DNA from: Zygnema circumcarinatum SAG 698-1b
Lineage: Eukaryota; Plantae; Zygnematophyceae
Direction: 5' to 3'
Assembly: GCA_037447605.1 (NCBI GenBank)
Contig: CM074805.1
Span: forward strand, 2,699,361-2,763,360
DNA length: 64,000 nucleotides
Under the pieces are notes generated by a model, which was not told the DNA's origin, made no database searches, and saw only the letters and a list, made by a program, of their open reading frames with translations. Positions 52,804 through 64,000 of this stretch are shown here, in pieces. Made by a program: the position numbers and the translations under genes. The stretch's first letter is position 1. The number at the start of each line of letters is the position of its first letter.

Positions 52804-53083
52804 CCAGGCGGCGAGGCCACCGCTCAACGCTGTCAGCCGACAGGCTGGCCGTACGGTACTGGCAGTGTACGAAACCGTACAGATGGTAGGAAGAGGGTCA
52901 GGGACAGGGTCTCAGAGACGCTAGCGGTGGGCCGGGAAACGGGCGGCCCTGGCCCTGGCTCGGCACCTCGCGGGGCAGCTATAGTCGTAGCCATAGCGGC
53001 TGACTCTGCTGTCAGGAAGCGTCGCTTCGGCTTTCTTCTCCGTGAAGGGTAGAAGAAGCGGGCAAGTGGCCGGGAACGCAGCC

Positions 53084-53933
53084 ATGGCGCGGTCCAACAT
53101 GAAGAAAGTGAACCTTTTGGCGATCGCCAGCCTTAGAGACTTGCCCAAGGAATGGGTGCCTTTCCTCGTCTTCCTCATCTTTCTCGCGTACATCGCCTAC
53201 TTTTTAAGCATCAACCAGGACGTGGACCGTCCTTCTCACTGAGATTTTGGGCAGTGTCTCCGTGCTGGTGTCTCTTGGGCGAAGGGAGCTATGGTAGACT
53301 TGTATGGACGCAAGGGAAATTTTTCCTTGATATTTGATGGGATTCGTCTTTTGGCATCTGCGGGACCATTGTCTCTGAGGTAAATGGTCTCTGGATTCGA
53401 TTACTTGCATGGCGTTCGCTTCACTGCATGCAACTTGGCATGTCCTATTCGTCGATTGTCGTCTGTCGTGGATAGTTTGTGGATCTTAAGATGCTGTGAA
53501 TCAGATTATGCATAAAATTCTTATTGAATTTTCTGCGTGTTTTATGTTGTCGACCAGTTATAGTTTGTCCAGTTGTTTAGCTGTTGTGACTAAGTTATAA
53601 ATTAATCTGCTGAGATTCCTGCATTGGAATTTGGTGATTATTTGGAACTTGATACCTGCGCCCATGTGCGCAGGTGATGTACAGATAAAGCCGCTGCCTA
53701 GCTCTGCGAATTGTTTGACCTAATGTTATCAAACTTACTTGAAGCACTTCCGCTTGGAGCAGGAGATAAGACTGCAACGTGTGGCAGTGCCCACGGTAGA
53801 ATTAGCTTATCCTGTTAGAGATGACGCTGCGAACGGGATGATCTGGTTACTTCTCCTCAGCATCCCTTCCGTTGTTTCGAAGACAAAGCGGGTTATTTAT
53901 TTGGATAGTGAACACTGGATTTTCTGCAACTAG
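53084..53933 (+). pseudogene. Short single-TM ORF (52 aa) followed by a possible GT8-like remnant
   Basis: GCCATGG start; EWVPFLVFLIFLAYIAYFLSI is a TM segment; stop at 53240-53242. The downstream fragment LLLSIPSVVSKTKRVIYLDSE resembles the GT8 'KVIYLDxD' region, but the surrounding frames contain stops. Confidence 0.3.
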
Positions 53934-55121
53934 GAACTGAGGGCAAGCGATGCATTTCTGTATGTACAGGGAAATTTTACTGCGTGGTTTTGCTCAATCA
54001 TGTTTGCCTCGTTCTGCTGATCAGCGTTGCAACCTGGAAAACAGTCAAGCTAGGGAGATTTCTGAGTTCGTTGTTATCTTTGCAGATGCAACGGGTAGGA
54101 TTGGGAAGCAAATGTATGAAACGGTCATAAAAGTGCAGCGTGTAGTCCAGTCTTACAGTTGACGAGTTTCAACGTCCAAGTTTATCTTGAAACTTTTGAG
54201 AAGTGCTCAAAGCCTCACTGCATTCACGCTGGGAAAAGAAGCAACTAATTTTGAAGTGAGTTACAAAGAGCCAGATGTTTTGTTCAAAATGACATGAGCT
54301 GCGGAGGAAATTTATCCAAGCCGCATTTCTCTCCCTTGTACATTCAGCCGGAAGCCGTAGGGGTGCAGCCCACAAAAGCTGCAACTTTCCTGTGCAGGCC
54401 TCGCGTCAGGTCTGCAGATCTGCAGTTTCCCTTTCTGATGCTGTATGGGGCTTTACTCACTTGAACCTGCCTCTCCGGTAGTGGAGCAGGCAGCCCGCAC
54501 TGTCCGAATCAACCGAATGCACTGTGCAAAGCGACCCATCCGATTGCTGCAGCTACTTAAGTAGCTGTGGCAATGGACAGCACCGACAACTTCAACAGCA
54601 ATACGAGGAAAGAAAACATGCATGCCAACCTGCGGGATCTTCAGGGGCTCCGACACAAAGATGTAGATTAAGTAGCGCCCTGTCGAACAAATCAGTTCGT
54701 AATGGCTGGTCACTCCTGACGCTAAAATAAGTAGAAATGCGGAGAAAGAGAGCGTCGTCTACGAGGGCATGGAATAGCGGCCAGAACTTAAGGATTCGTG
54801 TTGCAAAGTCTGGTTTACCCAAGTGGAGTAGGACGAGCATGGGCGGTGCCAACAGGTGGGATGCTTGTACTGCATCCGTCGAGGAGTTTAGTTAGTTCTG
54901 ACAAGTATCACGCAAGTATGACTTGCCTAAGGTGAGAGAGTTGCATGCTAATTAGTTGTCATCCTGGTGTTCGGCCGCAGTAGAAAACGTCGTCGAATGT
55001 GGCAAAGGTGCCAACCAATGACTTTTGAATCAGTAGCCTTTACCAATGGTTGCTTTAAGAGTGAATTCCAATGGTTCACACCAGTGGCAGCGATTGTCTC
55101 TGTCCTTGTATGGTTTCATTG

Positions 55122-55469
55122 TTCAACTTCATTCAACTGGTTGAATGAAGGCGGAGGCGGAGTGTTGTTTGAACCTCCGCAACGAAGTCATTCAACTCGC
55201 TCAACCAGTTGAATAAGTTACATCGAGTGAAATTACATCTGCACAGTTGACCACGTCAGCAAAGGTTGAATGAAGTTGAATGGAGTTGGATGGGGTTGAC
55301 CGAGTTCACTGGAAAAAAAAGAAAGTGAGGCGGAGAGCCTTTTAAGCCTCCGCAACCGCTTTCAACCTCTTTCTTCCTTCTTTTATTTTCTTCCAACTTC
55401 ATTCAAGGCAGTTAAATGAAAACCGTCCGCACGTGTGAAACAACGTCAGCAAAGTTGACTGAAGTTGAA
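55122..55469. repeat. Array of inverted and direct 16-mers (TTCAACTTCATTCAAC) and GCGGAG/CTCCGC hairpins
   Basis: 16-mer at 55122-55137, its reverse complement at 55265-55280, variants at 55393-55406 and 55454-55469; hairpins at 55140-55196 and 55330-55353. Confidence 0.75.
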
Positions 55470-56482
55470 CCATGCAAACGCGCCCATCGCTTGAACCCCC
55501 TGCCAACGGTCGGCCAGTCCAATGATTGAGAATGGAACCTCCTTGTCGCATCTCCGTACCAGAAGCAATCTCGCCCGCCCATTTCCTCCCGACCACGCAA
55601 CCAACGGTCACCGCCGGCCCAAACTGTGTGGCTGCCCGCCCGGCCGCCCGCCCGCCTGCCCGCCTGCCTGACACCGTCCCCTTCCCCCCCGTGCGGCGCC
55701 CGCCCGGCCCGGCCCTGCGTGGCCCCTTTCCCTGAGACCGCGCAGTTCCGCCGCCGTCCAACTGTGCGTTCACACGGAACGGGAGCGTTCCATGCCCAGC
55801 CATCCAGATCTCCGAATCTCGCGGCGGTGGTTGACCTTGCCGTCCGTACGGCCCGCCGGGAACCGCTCGGACCTGCCTGGGGAAGTCCAGGGGTTGCCCT
55901 CCGCCATCTGTACGGACAACCGTACGGGTTACTGTACAAAGCCCTGCCCCCCGCCCGCAACCGCCTCGCAACCGCTCCCAGCCGTCGTACGAACGGCCCC
56001 CGCCGGGCGGCGCCAGCCGTTGAATCTGCCCCGGCCTGTCAGCCGATTTCGCGCGCCGTACGGCCGCCCAGCCCCGCGCTGTAGCTGTCCGCCACGTGCG
56101 CGTGCGGCCACGGCCGCCCACAGTCCCGCCACCGACACGCGCTGTCGGCGGCCCCGCCGGCGCGCCCGCGCGGCTCCACGTGGCGGCTCGCCGCCCGGGG
56201 CCGCGCGGGGGAGCGGACCGTCTCGGGAGGGTTTTGGGACGGGCGAAGCGCGCGGGCGCGGCCAGGCTGGCGGGCCCTCAGGCGGGAGAATCCGCCAGCT
56301 GGCGCACTTACGCACTGCCGCCAGCCGCCAGCGGGCGCGCAAGGGAGTACCAAAAGGAAGGGGAGGGCAGTGCTTTGGGAGGGAGAGGGAGAGAGAGGGA
56401 GGGAGAGGGAGGAGGAGGAGGTGGAGGAGGTGAGGGTTGAAGTGGGAGAGGAGGAGAAGGGCAGCAAAAAACAGAGGAAGCC

Positions 56483-57530
56483 ATGGAGCAGGGACCAGCC
56501 GTGGGGAACGTCATGCTTCCCTTTCCCCGGGCACAGCTCATGGCAACGCAGGCGGAGCTGCTGCAGACGATTGTGGCGAGGTTGGAGCAGCAGATTGTGG
56601 ACCTCGAGGCCATGTTCGAGACGGAGGAGGAGCGGAGCTGCTGCGGGTTTCAGGCGGAGCGCGAGGGAGCACGGTGCTATTTGGGCGACATGCCTCCCTC
56701 GTCTCTCTTCACAGTGCGCCTGAGCAAGCGGCAGCTGCTCTGGCAGCATCAGGCTGCAACAGAGATACAGCGGATTTACCGCGGTCATGCAGTGCGGTCG
56801 AAGCTCGCCCGTCGGATTGCATCCGTGCTGCACATCCAACGGTCGAACTCCCTGTCATCTCTGCCGCGCCATACTCGCAGCCTGTCGATGGCTCCGAGAC
56901 GCGCCCCTCTCTTCCCCCACCGCCGCACGCAGTCGCATGATCCCCGCCTTGAGTCATGGAACTACTCCGCCCCTCTCAGGGGCCGGGAGCTGCCTGCTTG
57001 TAACCAGAACGCGGAGTCTTCTGTAGTCACTAGCCTGCCGTCTGCCAGGCCTACAGTGTCGGATAACCCTATGGCTGATATTCGAGCAGCACCAAAGTGC
57101 GAGAAGCCTCCTTCGGAGTTCTCAACTGTGACCGTTGTTCCTCAAGATATGACTCCTTTGCCGCAAACGCTGGCAGTTGATGAACTGCGAAGAAAGCAGC
57201 CAGTTATGACACTGGAGGATCAGTGTGCTGTGCGAATTCAGGCGGCATTTCGGGGATACTGGGTCCGAAAGTCTGTCAGAGCATGGAAGGAGGCCGCATG
57301 CAGGATACAGGCAGTGTACCGGGGTCTGAAGGAGCGGAAGCAGTTCAACGATACATGGGGCAGAATGGTAAGTTTTTCTCTACTATGGTAGTGCGTGTTT
57401 GGCTTTGGAACTATGTGTCTGAAGCATGAAGTTTAGCGGAGCCCTAACGCTTATCCTTACCGCTGTGCAGGCCATGCGACTTTATCCCAAGTTATGTCCA
57501 CCAAACTCTGTTCGACGGCGACGTGTATGA
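56483..57530 (+). CDS. IQ-motif (calmodulin-binding) protein, 2 exons
   Basis: Exon 56483-57367 holds three IQ motifs (AATEIQRIYRGHAVR, CAVRIQAAFRGYWVR, AACRIQAVYRGLKER) and a short N-terminal coiled coil. GTAAGT donor; phase-0 exon 57471-57530 ends RRRRV*. Confidence 0.8.
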
Positions 57531-59867
57531 TAGGAAGCCTGGCCGTTTTTCCAGATGGTGTTCTCTAGGATAGAGTGACGGCAAGGAGCAATCCAAGCTC
57601 AAGCAACCTTAGTTAAGCTCAGAGGCTTGGAAGTCAGAATTTAGGTTCAAGCATTGTAGATATAGACATGCGGGATGTAGGATATAGGGCTTGTATACGT
57701 AGTTACCTAGGTTCATTCCATATACTCAGCCGGTTTTAGACCATTCCCTGTTGAATGTTGGAATGATTTTCTCTCCAATATGTTGCCTTCGTGAATTATG
57801 ATGTGGATCTAAGCCACAAAGAAACTTTCTTGTGAATCTTGCTTTGGAAGCGTGAACTCATCAAAATGATTGGTGTTGTCTCGTGCCCATGTGTTGTGAA
57901 AACTTCGTGAACTTTTTACGTCGGTCAATGACGTAAAAGTGGTTCTTTTTACTCGTGACACTGGTCGGACTCTATCCTGATATGTTCAATGCCCTTTCTG
58001 CTTTCCTTTGTTGCCAATGTGTCCCTCTCGACCAGTAGCGCACTCTGTCCTCACTTGTTTTCATGGTCAGCCATGCATGATGCCCCTACTAGCAAGCGTC
58101 AAACACAGAGAGTAACTTCCTCGATAATGCTCTCGAAGGCAGCTTTGAATAGGAACAAAGTAGACTCATTTGGCTGCTTCATGTTCCCAGTTGTTCATTT
58201 TATAGAACCTGGAAAAACGTAACCAAACCTATACGCCTGCATACTGAAGATATGACGGTAAAACTGCTGATGGTGACCCCTCTTTCTCACAGCGGGTAAA
58301 TCTGTGGCGAGAAAGCCTTCTCCACTGCTGATTGCTTGTCTGGACCTGAACTATGTTCCATTGCTTTAAGCTCTTGACTGAACCAACCTCGGCTACCATG
58401 GCGCCGACGGGGCACCCTGTTGCATCACGGAGGCCCGCCCTAAGGTCATATTTACCCACAGTCGTCGTCCCTGCTCGCTACTTATTGCTGGACTGCAAGG
58501 AGCAGTCACTACGTGGAGTGGTCACGGATTGGCAAAAGATAGTGGAGGGAGAGAGGAGGGGTGGTGGACGGCACCAGGGCTTCTAGAGGGGAATCACTTC
58601 AAGCGTTTTTTTTTTTTAAGAGTATATTTCCGACTCACAGGAATTCATCAAACAATAGAACAGTCCGCAGCAGAAAGACTGCATTATATGGAGATGGCAT
58701 GCTCAGTGCTGTTAGATGTTCGGTTTCTGGGAAGAAGCTGTCTCCATGTCGAAGTGAACGATCGTTCGTTTTGTGAACAAAGGAAAGGAAAGTGGCATTG
58801 ATCTCACGATGGCGACGCCATCAAATGTACATGGACAAAAGCAGCATGGGGAACCACGAGGGACTGGTCGCAAAGGACCTAAGCACAAAAGAAAAAAGCT
58901 AAGAGCGGAAAACTGCGCCGTTCGTTCAATTGAATGCCTTGTCATACTTCTTTATGCTTCTCTTCTCTCGTTGTAGTACAACACCTCTCCACCGAACGAT
59001 CTACTCGTACATGTTTCAGGATTCCACACTCGGGAGGTAACACTGCCTGTACTATTATGTCCAATGAGGTGTCACTACTAGCACCGTCCCTTCCATTGAA
59101 GTTTGCCTCAAGTCCTGGTTTCCTTCGAGGTGTGCCGCCCACCTTCCGAACGCCACACTGCCGGTATCTCAACTGCAGTCAGCGCACTCGCCTCGTTCCC
59201 ACTGCGTTCTCATCTACATCGGCGGTGCCGTGGCGGTACCGTACCATGCCGTACAATAGCATACTGTACAGTACTGTACAGTCGGGGGTCCTCATATTTT
59301 CCACCCTCTTAAGTGCGTTCCCAAGAAATTCGCCCTGATTTTGCCGAAACCACTTTTCTGTACGGTTAGTCTGTGTTAGCCGTACTAGCCGTACTAGCTG
59401 CAGCAGCCGTTACGGGCTTAAATTTAAACTCTCCGAATCGTCCCACGAGTGCCGCCGTAAGAGGCGCTCGCTCTCCTCCTCTTCTTCTTGGCTTTGGCTT
59501 TGTCTTACTGCTGCAAGCTCATCAGCACGCAAAGCATAGTCGTCCAAGCTAGTACCATGGAGGAGGAAAATCCAACAGCGAAGGAGGCAGCACCACCACT
59601 ACGAGCAAGCACCACCGCGGAGGTGCTCAGTGAGACACGAACGCTCCTACCATCTGGAAGCGACACTCGGATGTCGAACAGGCGAGGCTGCGGCTACGTC
59701 TATACGATACGATACGGAATGGTACGATACCGACCGATACGATACGACATGATACGGTACGATATGTACGGACAAACATGAACTCTAACATGATACCGCC
59801 CGCCTATTATTGGTAACACGAACCTTATATTTGCAAAATCAAGATTTTCTCCCCATATTTGCCAAAA

Positions 59868-60881
59868 GGAAAATTCTATTCTCACACCTTTTTTGTCTAC
59901 ACACAGGCCTCTTTTCGCCGGGCAGATTTTAAAATAGCACAAAAAAAGAACACACCTTTCACACCTTCTCACCTTTTTTTTTTCACCTTTTTTTTTTCAC
60001 CTTTTTTTTCACACCTTTTTGAAATCGATACACACCTTTCTCCATCGGGCAGATTTTACCCCTTCTTGTTTTTTTCAAAGAAAAAAATATCGGCCTGCCC
60101 GAATCCTCTCGGAGCAGAAGATCCGTCCGCCACGAGATCGTTCGCGGGTGGCCGTCCTTCACATGTGCAGAAATCATACAATCGTCGATTTTGGCGCAGA
60201 ATACGTGCCTGACGGCAAGTCAGCTCGGTCCCAGCGACGTAGCAGTTGAATGCTTCACGTACCGAGCCGGCTCGAGGTCCGTACACAACTCGTACGGTGG
60301 CAGCTTCGAGGAAAGTCTAAATTCCTTGGCATTAGAGCTTGAACCAATCACCATCTGCCGCGTGCTCTTTGTAGGCGTGGCAAACTGTGATTGGTACAGG
60401 CACTCAACTTAAATTATTACGGTTTTTGACTTTCCTCGAAGCTGCGGGCGTACGCATTTTGTACGGTCCTTTGAGCCGGCTTGGGTGGGACACGTGGGAC
60501 CGAGCCCGGCTGCCGATCGAACGGTGATCTGCCATGGTGCGATCTGCGTAAATATCGACGGCGGAAAATTATTGCACGTGTGAAGGACGGCCATCCGCGA
60601 ACGATCTCGTGGAGGACGGATCTTCCGCTCCGAGCGGATTCGGGCAGGCAGATATTTTTTTCTCTGAAAATAAATGATGAGTAAAATCTGCCCGACAGAA
60701 AAAGGTCTCACGGCGCTCGGCCGCTCAGGACTAGTAGCGTGTATCGATTCCAAAAAGATGTGAAAAAAAAGGTGAGAAAAAAAAGGTGTGAAAGGTGTGT
60801 TCCTTTTTGGTTTATTTTAAAATCTGCCCAGCGAAAAGAGGTCTGTGTGTAGACAAAAATGGTGTGAGAATAGAATTTTCC
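59868..60881. mobile_element. Non-autonomous Mutator-like foldback element (~450-bp TIRs, 9-bp TSD TTGCCAAAA)
   Basis: Ends GGAAAATTCT.../...AGAATTTTCC; TTGCCAAAA at 59859-59867 and 60882-60890; arms 59868-60317 and 60428-60881. Confidence 0.85.
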
Positions 60882-60956
60882 TTGCCAAAACCATGGCGAA
60901 AATATGAGCTACTGTACTGTCAATACCGTACAGTAAGACCCCATCATATTTTCCAC

Positions 60957-61857
60957 GGGTAACTCTACTGCACCCCCGCGTTTTGTCTTTCGCACCCCCC
61001 TTTTGAAAATTTTGCCTGCCCGTTTGGTTACCCCTTCAGTTTTGAATATTTCGGGAAAAAATCTTTTTCCCGCCCCTCCCGTCCCCTCCGCTCCCCCCTC
61101 TCCCTTCCCCTCCCCTCCCCTCCCCTCCGCTCTCCTCCCTGCCCTGTCCTCCCCGGCCCTCCCCCCCCGCCCGCTCCTCTCCCCTCCCCTCCTCTTTTTC
61201 AGGACATTCCACCCCCCTCGTTTTCTCCATTTCACTATTGACTTCCAACAATGTGCGACAAAAGAAAAGGGGATTTGCATTGGTCTCAAGATGGTGAGGC
61301 CATCAAATAAACATGGACAAAGTCAACATGGGAACCACAAGAAACTGCAAACCGAGAAGAGGAGTGACGAGGAGGGGAGGGCAAGGGAGGGGAAGGGAAG
61401 GGAGGGGAGGGGAGCGGGCGGGAGGGGAGGGCCGGGGAGGACAGGGCAGGGGACGGGAGGGGAGGGGAGGGGAGGGGAGGGGAAGGAGGGAGGGAGGGGA
61501 GGGGAGGGGAGGGGAGGGGAGGGGAGGGAGGGAGGGAGGGAGGGGAGGGGAGGGGAGCGGAGGGAGGGAGGGAGCGGAGGGGAGGGGAGGGAAGGGGAGG
61601 AAGGGAGGGGAGGGGAGGGGAGGGAGGGGAGGGGAGGGAGGGGAGGGCGCGGGCGGGAGGGGAGGGCCGGGGAGGACAGGGCAGGGGGGACGGGAGGGGA
61701 GGGGAGGGGCCAAGGGAGGGGGGGGGCGGAGGGGACGGGAGGGGCGGGAAATTTTTTTCCCGAAATATTCAAAACTGAAGGGGTAACCAAACGGGCAGGC
61801 AAAATTTTCAAAAGGGGGGTGCGAAAGACAAAACGCAGGGGTGCAGTAGAGTTACCC
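60957..61857. mobile_element. Non-autonomous Mutator-like element (long TIRs, 9-bp TSD ATTTTCCAC)
   Basis: Near-perfect TIR of about 105 bp, GGGTAACTCTACTGCACCCC.../...GGGGTGCAGTAGAGTTACCC, extending into CCCCT/AGGGG tracts; ATTTTCCAC at 60948-60956 and 61858-61866. Confidence 0.9.
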
Positions 61858-64000
61858 ATTTTCCACCTGGTTTTAGCGAATATCCGGCGAAAATATCGTT
61901 TTTGGCAAATATTAGGTCTGTGTTACCAATAGACGAGCGGAATTATGTTAGAGTTCATGTAGGTTCGTTCGTATCGTATCGTATCGTTTTCTGGTATACC
62001 GCATCAAGACCGTATCGTGACATCGCATCGCCGCGAATCCCATTACTATGGTGGCTCTCTTTTGCGCGGGTAAAGGGCGGAAAATTGAGAGTTTAAATTG
62101 AGCCCGTGAACGCTACTGGGCGTACCAGACGCTAGTACGGATAGTACCGTATCGGGAGTTTCGCATTGTACCGCACTGCATCGACATCGTGATCTAAGCC
62201 AAGAAGAAGGGGAGAAGAGCCAGCCTTCACTTCAAGGCCCGCAAGCGGAGAATATTATTAGGTGAGTTTTGGCGTGCATAGCGAGCGTAACGGAGCGCGC
62301 GCTTCGGGCGGATCCGCCCGCTTCCGCTGTACTTCTTCTGACATATGCCTCTTCCGTGGCCGCGCGACCGGGCCGAATCTCGTGAGCCGCCAACTAATGA
62401 GAGAGAAGGCGGCGCCACGCTGCTGGCGCCCACGAACGCACATTATCCAAATAAAGGCGCACTCGAAACGCCGCCTAAGGCCGCGACATTGCCATTCGCT
62501 GACCTATCCGCTCCAAATGAGTCGGGCCAGTTCTCCTCAAGCAAGGCCAATTCGTGACCGCCAATGCTAAGACTCAAGATCTATTGTCAGCAGCAAGTGA
62601 GGACGGGATGCCGCTGATGCTTGTTTGTCTTTTAGTGCTGGGCTTAGTATTTGGATTTGCCGTGGTGGTTTTGTTGTCTTGTTCTTCTTTCTTCTCTTCT
62701 TCCTCTTCGCCACAAAGAATGTGATGCTGGCAAGAGAGAGAGAGAGAGAGAGAGTTCCATGCCATAGATAGAGAGAGAGAGAGAGAAAGAGTCTTCTTGC
62801 CTATAGCATTTAGACGTCCTTATCTCACCAGCTTATAGACAAAAGATTTCTGAGAAGACAATTTCATTGTAATGACATTCCCCAGCCAACCGCTGGCTGG
62901 GGTGAGTTTCCAAAATACCACCTTTAGCTAAGTTGTGTCCTGTTTTCCCTTTGCTGTCACTATGCCAAGCCCCTATCTTGCTCTATCCTGCCTTGCATTC
63001 CTCTCAATGACCAATGATCACTAGAAGCCTAGCTAAGAGACCAGCCGCAGGAGAGGACAGTGGGAGGAGAGTCCCAAGGAAGGGTTTCCCTTATGCGATC
63101 GTCCAGCTCACGGCGGGGAACGTGCCTTCGTAATCCCTACGCCTTCACGCTGGGCATCAATCCCCTGACCCCGGCTCTATGCCGCAGCGTACTCCACGCC
63201 ACTACCCTCCCCAAATTCCTACGCCGCCAAAGACGGACGCCGGGTGGCCGTGACATAAAGATTCCTCGCAACTAGCTCTCGCCAGCTCTTCTCTCAACCT
63301 ACCTATCTTGGTATCGAGTCGGGTTTCGCGCAGATCCACGCATCTTGATAATGCGGAGGGCTTCATCCTCGTGCGGACCGTCAGTTCATGGATGAAGAGT
63401 CGCTGTTAGCAGGGACAGCGTATCTTCATGAGTATTCGATGAAGACTTGGCACCTCAAGAAGAAGAAGAACAAAGCATCGGAAATCCAAGGATCTGGATC
63501 TCGCACTGCAGAAGTTGTAGCGCCAGAGTAGATCGGCGATGGGCATCACCGGCGAGAACCCTTTATCCCAGCCCCGCTTACCTTGAGCCAGATCGAGTCG
63601 ACAAGAGTCAGAACGAATTCGCCTCTGCCAGTTGACGGGCCACAAACTTCGCTTCCGCGAATACGCGACGCCGGACGATCAAGCTTCGCAAACCGCCTGG
63701 GCCGCCAGCCGCCACGTCAGCCGATGCCGCGGAAGAGAGGAGTGCTGTTCAACCTGAGGTCCCCACCGCTGCCCTTACGTATATCGTAACTCACTCTGGA
63801 TCCTTACCTGGATAACCATCGCGACCAGGATCCTTCAAGCACCGCACGCAAGACGCTAGCCCCACAGCAAGGGAATCATCGCAAGACACCCTCACCCTCC
63901 CGCCACGACTTACCCATCCCGCTACCCCCACAGCGAAGCTGGGCTTCGTAAGGGTGCGGCGTGATCTATCGCGATGGACTTCCGCCGAACCAACCTCGCC

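Larger units (their letters stand above)
59670..62030. mobile_element. Older degenerate foldback element hosting two younger insertions (boundaries approximate)
   Basis: The left arm (GATAC repeats, CATGAACTCTAACAT, TTGGTAACAC, ATATTTGCCAAAA) mirrors the right arm at 61867-62030 (TTTTGGCAAATAT, GTGTTACCAA, ATGTTAGAGTTCATG, GTATC repeats). Confidence 0.6.

Noticed and set aside
61003-61932. 309-aa Gly/Arg/Glu-rich ORF
   Set aside because: It is a translation of the CCCCT/AGGGG tracts inside the MULE TIRs.
63309-64000. LTR retrotransposon start (TGGTATC, PBS-like) with a degenerate gag
   Set aside because: Only a 7-nt match to the tRNA-Met PBS, no upstream CA terminus and no recognisable gag motif; the region is truncated by the window end.

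Overview
Intron-rich eukaryotic nuclear DNA from a green plant (streptophyte). GC-rich first exons, short GT-AG introns and the gene content suggest a charophyte alga or early-diverging plant; the species cannot be fixed from sequence alone. I reconstructed nine spliced protein-coding genes by hand: an inositol transporter, a GT92 glycosyltransferase, VPS29, a plastid-type 2Fe-2S protein, a secreted lipase-family alpha/beta-hydrolase, a PL4 rhamnogalacturonan lyase, two tandem GT61 paralogs and a TBL/PC-esterase-like O-acetyltransferase; a tenth encodes an IQ-motif protein. A short transmembrane ORF and a possible GT8 remnant lie at 53-55 kb. Main observations: (1) an uninterrupted run of secretory-pathway polysaccharide-modifying genes at 20-46 kb, a candidate wall/mucilage gene cluster; (2) the TBL gene is an internal tandem duplication whose first domain has lost its catalytic Ser and His (GDE, DGCFSLC) while the second is intact (GDS, DCLH); (3) the lipase homologue has G-Y-D-Q-G at its nucleophile elbow, i.e. 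Ser replaced by Asp; (4) a GCT-rich repeat family carries three tRNA-Cys-like cloverleaves with Pol III A/B boxes and a one-base-short anticodon arm; (5) two Mutator-type foldback elements with exact 9-bp TSDs are nested in an older foldback element. Three 10-N gaps are present, and a 1341-bp-offset duplication across one is probably an assembly artefact. No database searches were run; family calls rest on recalled motifs.
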